The translations under genes were made by a program, and so were the position numbers. Of a stretch of DNA of 64,000 bases, positions 58,393 through 64,000 are shown one piece after another; within the stretch, counting starts at the first letter, position 1; each line of letters begins with the position of its first letter. The notes beneath the pieces are model-generated. The model was not told the origin of the DNA, searched no databases, and saw nothing but the letters and a program-made list of their open reading frames with translations. This DNA comes from a bacterium (GTDB lineage: Bacteria > UBA8248): the NCBI GenBank assembly GCA_965203325.1, contig OZ241875.1, positions 96,001 through 160,000 on the forward strand. Direction: 5' to 3'.

Positions 58393-59012
58393 TTCGGCTC
58401 CCCCCTCATCGAGATGGTTTTGATTTTTTCGAATTCCTCGGGCGTGTTCGCATTCAAAAAAGAGGCTCCCTCGGCGTCCCATTCCCTCCAGACCGCCTCC
58501 TCCACACGCTTCACGCTCACATGTTCGTGAAACCCTATCATCTTGAGACGCTCCCTCGAAATCGACTCCTCGATGTGAGGCGCGCAATTCTTTCCGTAGA
58601 ACGCGCAAAGCGGCTCGGGGTAGTCGTCCTTCACCGGAATCACCACGTCCCAGTCCTCCACCAAAGAGGCGAGGCCGCGGACGAGCGCGGGTTGCAAGAG
58701 CGGCATGTCGCATCCCGCCACGAAAACGTGCGGGCGCCCCGCTTTCACGACAGCCGTGTGGAGGCCGCCCAGCGAGTCGTTGCCGGGATGAATGTCGCCC
58801 GCGACGGCGAGGCCCATTCGCTCGTATTCTGCTTTCTCGTTCGCCACGACGAACACTTCTTCGAACATCCCGCCCAAAGTGTCCGCGATGCGCCTGATTA
58901 TGGGTATTCCGCCAATCTCCATCATGGATTTGTCCTGTCCCATCCGGCGGCTCCGGCCGCCCGCCAAAATGGCGGCGGAGTACGGCAGCCTGGCGGTTGA
59001 TTCTGTGTTCAT
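58389..59012 (-). CDS. mobA: Molybdenum cofactor guanylyltransferase
   Basis: ILAGG.SRRMG.DK, LGGL, CDMP, EPL.A.Y, FLN.NTPE. Confidence 0.92.
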   Translation of the reverse strand: MNTESTARLPYSAAILAGGRSRRMGQDKSMMEIGGIPIIRRIADTLGGMFEEVFVVANEKAEYERMGLAVAGDIHPGNDSLGGLHTAVVKAGRPHVFVAGCDMPLLQPALVRGLASLVEDWDVVIPVKDDYPEPLCAFYGKNCAPHIEESISRERLKMIGFHEHVSVKRVEEAVWREWDAEGASFLNANTPEEFEKIKTISMRGEPK

Positions 59013-59055
59013 GCGGGGCGCTCCGGGAGGAGCTTAGGGGCCGGAAGCAAATTGT

Positions 59056-60327
59056 TCAGGAGTGCACCCGTTCGGGGGTGGCGGCTTCTGCCTGTTCTGG
59101 CTTTTGAGGGGGCATCTCTTCCAGCAGGATCACCTGCACGCGGCTTCCGGCGGCGAGTTCGGTCTCGTATTCGGGGAACACGACCAGGGCGTTCGCCCGC
59201 ACCATGGAATGCAGGATGTTGGAGCCCTGCGCCTCGATGGCCTGAACGGTCCATTCGTCTCCGTCGCGGTAGACGATTGAGCGCACGTAGTGGCGCCGCT
59301 CGGGGGATTTCGTGAGCGGGTGCAGGAGGCGCGCCTCCACGCTCGGGCGGAAGAGGTTCTCAAAACCCTGCATCTTGAGCAGCGACGGCCGCACGAACAG
59401 CTCGAAGCTCACCATGGTGGATACAGGGTTCCCCGGCAGGCCGAACACAGGCTTTCCGTTCAGGACGCCGAAGGCCATCGGCTTGCCCGGCTTCATGCGC
59501 ACGCGCCAGAAGCGCATGTCGTTCCCAAGGCCGCCCAGCGTGGATTTTACGAGATCGAAATCCCCCACCGAGACGCCGCCGCTGGTGATGAGCAAATCCG
59601 CGGCCAGGCCGTCGTTGATGTGGCGGGTCAGGTCTTCGGCGTTGTCGCGGGCGATGCCCAGCAGAACCGGCTCGCCGCCGGCTTCGAGCACCTGCGCGGC
59701 GAGAGCGTAGGAGTTGGAGTTGAATATCTGCCCCACGCCGGGGGCGTCTCCCAGATCGACGAGTTCCTCTCCCGTCGCGAGGATGGCCACCTTCGGTTTC
59801 TGGTGCACGTACACCCGCGCCCGGCCGATGTTCGCCAGCATGCCCGCGGATGCCGCGCCAAGGCGGGTTCCTTGCGAGAGAACCGTCTCACCGGGCTTCA
59901 CGTCTTCTCCTGCCAGCCGGATGGCTTCTCCCTCGGGCACGGCGAGGAATATCTCTACCTCATCATCCGAGATTCGCTCCGTCTCCTCGACGAGCACGAC
60001 GGCGTCCGCCCCGTCCGGAATGGGCGCGCCCGTCATGATCTTGATGGCCTCGCCCGGGCCGAGGGTGCGGCTCGCCACGACGCCGGCCTGAATCTCCTCG
60101 ACCACTTTCAGCGTCCTGGGCGTTTCGCGGCTCGCGCCTCGCACGTCTTCCGCGCGCAGGGCGTAGCCGTCCATCGCCGAGTTGTTCCAGGGCGGAACGG
60201 GGCGTGAGGACTGGACATCCTCCGCCAGCACCCTGCCCGGACAATCGAGCAGGCCCACCCGCTCGCGCCCCATCGGGCGGATCATCTCCAGTATCGAATT
60301 GCGAGCCTCTTCCACGCTGATCATCAT
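59056..60327 (-). CDS. moeA: Molybdopterin molybdenumtransferase
   Basis: SAMDGYA, IMTGAP.P.GADAV, ATG.EL, TSGGVSVGD.D, KPGKP, GLPGNPVS. Confidence 0.95.
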   Translation of the reverse strand: MMISVEEARNSILEMIRPMGRERVGLLDCPGRVLAEDVQSSRPVPPWNNSAMDGYALRAEDVRGASRETPRTLKVVEEIQAGVVASRTLGPGEAIKIMTGAPIPDGADAVVLVEETERISDDEVEIFLAVPEGEAIRLAGEDVKPGETVLSQGTRLGAASAGMLANIGRARVYVHQKPKVAILATGEELVDLGDAPGVGQIFNSNSYALAAQVLEAGGEPVLLGIARDNAEDLTRHINDGLAADLLITSGGVSVGDFDLVKSTLGGLGNDMRFWRVRMKPGKPMAFGVLNGKPVFGLPGNPVSTMVSFELFVRPSLLKMQGFENLFRPSVEARLLHPLTKSPERRHYVRSIVYRDGDEWTVQAIEAQGSNILHSMVRANALVVFPEYETELAAGSRVQVILLEEMPPQKPEQAEAATPERVHS

Positions 60328-60469
60328 CGACTCCGTCTGTCTGAAAAGCGACCGGCCCCATCCCGGCCGCCGCTATTATAACCGACGCCGTAGCGGGAAC
60401 AAACGGAGGACGGCTTCCGAAAGAGAACCCGGGTTTGCGAATTTCCGGCGTTTTCATTAGAAATGCCCT

Positions 60470-60913
60470 ATGCCAAAGGACCAGTACAGCTACAAGAGTG
60501 AAATGCGCGTGCGCTTCGGCGAGACGGATCTCCAGGGCGTGGTGTTCAACGCCAACTACCTCCTCTACGTCGACACCGCGCAGATGGATTACCTGCGCAC
60601 CATCGGTGTCCCCTACTTCGACATGCTCGAGCGGGGGTTCGACATCGTGATCGTCGACGCCTCACTCCAGTTTCTCGCGCCCGCCCGTTTCGACGAGGTG
60701 CTCCACGTCTACGCGCGCATCCATGACATCGGCAATTCGAGCATCAAGATGGACTATGAGATATACGAGGCGGAATCGGAGCGCTTCGTCGCCAGGTCGC
60801 AGACGGCCTATGTGATCATCGACAAGAATTCGCAAAAGCCCGTCCGCGTGCCTCCCTACATCCGCCGCGCCGTCAGGGAATTCGAGGCGAGAGAAGATAT
60901 CGAGGAAACGTAA
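60470..60913 (+). CDS. Acyl-CoA thioesterase (YbgC/4HBT hot-dog fold)
   Basis: RVRFGETD.QGVVF.ANYL.Y, PARFDE. Confidence 0.9.
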   Translation: MPKDQYSYKSEMRVRFGETDLQGVVFNANYLLYVDTAQMDYLRTIGVPYFDMLERGFDIVIVDASLQFLAPARFDEVLHVYARIHDIGNSSIKMDYEIYEAESERFVARSQTAYVIIDKNSQKPVRVPPYIRRAVREFEAREDIEET

Positions 60914-61174
60914 ACGCAGGCGATTTCACGCTTCATGCGCCCCGGATAATGCAAATACGGCCAATTTCCGGCCATCGGCGAAAATCGCATCGTTGAGAAG
61001 CGCGCTGCTTCATGGTAAAATTCAGAAATTCACAACCGCTGTGCAAGATTGCTTTTCGGAAGTTCCGGCTTTGACGAGAGTGGGGGGCAGTCGTCATCTT
61101 CAAATCATAAACCAATCGTGGGGTCATTTTCGCTGTAGCAGGCACAGCATTCTGCAGCATAAACAGGAGGGAAT

Positions 61175-62179
61175 ATGATGAAATCGCTGAAACCATCGAA
61201 ACGCGCTATTCCGTTCCTCACCCTTGCGCTGAGTTTGCTCATCGTCGTAGCGCTGGGGACCACACAGGCTCTTGCTGCATGGAAGCCCACGCGCCCGATT
61301 GAATTCGTCATCATGGCGGGCAAGGGCGGCGGCGCGGACCGCATCGCCCGCCTCATGCAGAAAATCGTCACGCAGAACAAGTGGTCGCCCCAACCCCTGG
61401 TTCCGATCAACAAGAAAGGCGGCTCGGGCGCCGAGGCGATGCTCTATCTGCTATCGAAAAAAGGGAACCCGCACGTCATTCTCGTGACGCTGAACAGCTT
61501 CTTCACGACACCGGCCCTGCGGAAGCTGCCGGTGAACTACACGAAGCTCACGCCGGTCTACCGGCTGGCCATGGACACGTTTCTCCTTTGGGTCAACCCG
61601 AAATCGGGAATCAAGAACATAGATGACTTCGTGAAGGCCGTGAAAGCCAAGAAAGGGAAATGGACCATGGGCGGCACGGGCAAGATGCAGGAAGACCAGC
61701 TCGTCACGAACATGCTCATGCAGGCCTATGGCCTCAAGGGCATGATTACCTACGTGCCCTTCCGGGGCGGTGGCACCGTGGCGAAAAACCTCGCCGGCGG
61801 CCACGTCGATTCGACGGTGAACAACCCCTCCGAGGGTCTGCCGCACTATCCCGGCAAGATGAGGCCGATCGCCGCGCTGACGCCCGAGCGCATCCCTGCG
61901 TTCAAGGATGTCCCCACGTTCAAGGAACTGGGCCAGCCGCAGCTCGTGTACTTCATGCAGCGCAGCATCAACGCGCCCGGCGGCATCCCCAAGGACGCCC
62001 TGGCATGGTATACGAACCTGTTCAACAAGCTGTGCAATTCCAAGGAGTGGAAGGACTATACGTCCAAGAAGGCGCTGAACCGCGCCTGCCTGAGCGGCGC
62101 GCCGCTGGGCAAGTTCTTCGCCGATGAGGACGTGAAGCACAAGAAGCTGCTCATGGGCATGGGATTGCTGAAGAATTAG
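61175..62179 (+). CDS. Tripartite tricarboxylate transporter substrate-binding protein (TctC/Bug family)
   Basis: Signal peptide, P.RPIE.V....GGG.D..AR, NK.GG.G, YVPF.GGG......L.GG.VD, DVPT.KE.G. Confidence 0.92.
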   Translation: MMKSLKPSKRAIPFLTLALSLLIVVALGTTQALAAWKPTRPIEFVIMAGKGGGADRIARLMQKIVTQNKWSPQPLVPINKKGGSGAEAMLYLLSKKGNPHVILVTLNSFFTTPALRKLPVNYTKLTPVYRLAMDTFLLWVNPKSGIKNIDDFVKAVKAKKGKWTMGGTGKMQEDQLVTNMLMQAYGLKGMITYVPFRGGGTVAKNLAGGHVDSTVNNPSEGLPHYPGKMRPIAALTPERIPAFKDVPTFKELGQPQLVYFMQRSINAPGGIPKDALAWYTNLFNKLCNSKEWKDYTSKKALNRACLSGAPLGKFFADEDVKHKKLLMGMGLLKN

Positions 62180-62198
62180 TTTGCGGAGAAGAATCCAG

Positions 62199-62690
62199 AT
62201 GCAACGGGCGGATAGGATAGTCGCCATCGGGCTGATTTTCGTGTCCCTCGGCGTCGCCTGGAAAGCTACGGAACTACCCGTCGGCATTCTTCCCAAAGAA
62301 GGGCCAGGAGGGGGTTTCCTCCCCTTCTGGCTTTCTTTGGGAATCGCCGCCGTGGCGTTGATGGTATTGATCCAGTCGCTGCTTTCTTCCCGCCGGGACA
62401 AATCCGATACGGCCAGCGCGGGAGTCTTCATGAGCCGGGAAGGACTGGGCGACCTGATGCGCGTCGGCCTGCCCGGAATGATCATGATTCTCCTGATCGG
62501 CGTTATCTCGGTCTATTTCTCGGCGGCTCTTTTCATTTTTTATTGCCTGTTCATCGTCGGGGGGCACAACCTCAAGACGAGCCTCGGCGTGTCGATAGGC
62601 GTGCCCGTCGTGGTGTATTACATTTTCGAGAAATTCTTGATTATTCCGTTGCCGAAGGGGTATGCGGAGTTTTTGTTTTACTGGAACTGA
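62199..62690 (+). CDS. Tripartite tricarboxylate transporter small subunit (TctB family)
   Basis: GPG.GF.PFW, about four TM segments, F...L.IPLP.G; start ATG 62199. Confidence 0.85.
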   Translation: MQRADRIVAIGLIFVSLGVAWKATELPVGILPKEGPGGGFLPFWLSLGIAAVALMVLIQSLLSSRRDKSDTASAGVFMSREGLGDLMRVGLPGMIMILLIGVISVYFSAALFIFYCLFIVGGHNLKTSLGVSIGVPVVVYYIFEKFLIIPLPKGYAEFLFYWN

Positions 62691-62770
62691 TTATTTCACC
62701 GTTTCCTTTGCCATCCGTCAGGAAATCTCCGTAATCGTGGGGGCAGGGTTTGTCCTAAGGGCCGGGTAAA

Positions 62771-64000
62771 TTGGAGATTCTTGGAAATCTATTCTACGGG
62801 CTGGGCATTGCGCTCTCGCCGCAAAATCTCTTGATGGCGTTGTTCGGCGTCGTCCTGGGCGTCGCCATCGGCGCGATGCCGGGCTTGGGATCCGTGAACG
62901 GCGTCGCCATTCTCCTGCCCATCACGTTCGCCGTTCCGCCCACGAGCGCCATCATCTTCCTGGCGGCCATCTATTACGGCGCCATGTACGGCGGCGCCAT
63001 CAGTTCGATCACGCTGAACATCCCGGGCGCGTCCACGGCCGTTGCGACCACGTTCGACGGCTATCCTTTAGCCAGAAGGGGGAAAGCCGCCGACGCCCTT
63101 GTGACGGCCGCGGTCGCCAGCTTTATCGGCGGAACGATATCCATCGTCCTCTTCACCTTCTTCGCCCCGCCGCTGGCCGAGTTCGCCCTGCGCTTCGGCC
63201 CGCCCGAGGAGTTCGCCGTCGTCCTGCTGGCGTACGCCACCTTTGCGGGGCTGGGCGGGGAAAGCCCGCTCAAGACCATCATCGCCACCATGCTGGGCCT
63301 GCTCATGTCCACCGTGGGCACCGACATCGTGAGCGGCTCCCCGCGCCTGATATTCGGGGGCATCACGGGTTTTTACCACGGCATCAATTTCCTCGTCCTG
63401 GCCATCGGCATCTACGGCGTCGGGGAGATTTTTTACACCCTCGAAGAAGGGTTCAAGACGAAAGAGAGATACCAGGCGAAACTCGGCGTCCAGGAGATCA
63501 TCTCGACGCTCAAGAACCTCACGAAATGCACCCCCACCATCGCGAGAGGCTCTCTGCTCGGGTTTTTCGTGGGCATGCTGCCCGCCGCGGGCGCCACGCC
63601 CGCGAGTTTCATGAGCTACAGCATCGCGAAGCGGTTTGCGAAAAACCCGGAGGAATTCGGAAAGGGCGCCCTCGAGGGGGTGGCCGCGCCCGAGTGCGCC
63701 AACAACGCGGCGAGCACGGGCTCCATGCTGCCCATGCTGACGCTGGGAATCCCGGGTTCCCCGACCACAGCGGTGATGCTCGGCGCCCTGTTCGTATGGG
63801 GGCTCGTGCCGGGTCCCCGGCTGTTCGTCGAAAACGCGGAGTTCGTCTGGGGGCTTACCGGGAGCCTCTACGTCGCGAACACGATGGCGGTCATCGTCGC
63901 CATCTTCGCCGTCCCCATCTTCATCTGGATGCTCCGGATGCCGATGACCATTCTGGCCCCCATCATCCTGGTCGTCTGCGCGGTGGGCGGGTTCTCGCCG
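62771..64000 (+). CDS. Tripartite tricarboxylate transporter large subunit (TctA family), truncated by the window edge; absent from the ORF track
   Basis: From TTG 62771: ...GAMPGLG...AILLPITF...YYGAMYGG.ISSI..NIPG...TTFDGYP...APECANNA...PMLTLGIPGS. Confidence 0.93.
   Translation, partial: MEILGNLFYGLGIALSPQNLLMALFGVVLGVAIGAMPGLGSVNGVAILLPITFAVPPTSAIIFLAAIYYGAMYGGAISSITLNIPGASTAVATTFDGYPLARRGKAADALVTAAVASFIGGTISIVLFTFFAPPLAEFALRFGPPEEFAVVLLAYATFAGLGGESPLKTIIATMLGLLMSTVGTDIVSGSPRLIFGGITGFYHGINFLVLAIGIYGVGEIFYTLEEGFKTKERYQAKLGVQEIISTLKNLTKCTPTIARGSLLGFFVGMLPAAGATPASFMSYSIAKRFAKNPEEFGKGALEGVAAPECANNAASTGSMLPMLTLGIPGSPTTAVMLGALFVWGLVPGPRLFVENAEFVWGLTGSLYVANTMAVIVAIFAVPIFIWMLRMPMTILAPIILVVCAVGGFSP

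Overview
Chromosomal window from a high-GC (roughly 60-67% in spot-counted lines) Gram-negative bacterium; the phylum cannot be assigned securely from this window. It holds about 50 mostly housekeeping and catabolic genes (bioB, apt, nlpD-like, pcm, surE, two metY-like sulfhydrylases, a Gld-like ABC exporter, an Fe3+ ABC importer with a DtxR-type regulator, secA, lgt, degP-like, mobA, moeA, a TTT transporter) and three tRNAs (Arg-CCT, Pro-CGG, Pro-GGG). I found no CRISPR array, transposase, integrase or phage gene. Main signals: (1) a DUF3179-like exported protein split by an in-frame TGA in a U-P-L-C motif followed by a SECIS-like hairpin, so probably a selenoprotein missed by the ORF track; (2) about eleven intergenic mosaics of several palindromic repeat modules (GTAG-REP, CGTC-REP and others), several bracketed by a shared GGGGYTGTTGAAAA-type terminal inverted repeat and often starting at a stop codon, resembling REP-carrying MITEs; (3) a ~26 kb repeat-free block, mostly lower in GC, that carries core genes (secA) and is flanked by clusters of 10-bp-phased motifs; (4) a DtxR/MntR-family regulator with a four-cysteine tail and a palindromic candidate operator; (5) several catabolic enzymes with non-canonical active-site residues. 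All family calls come from motif recognition by eye, not database searches.
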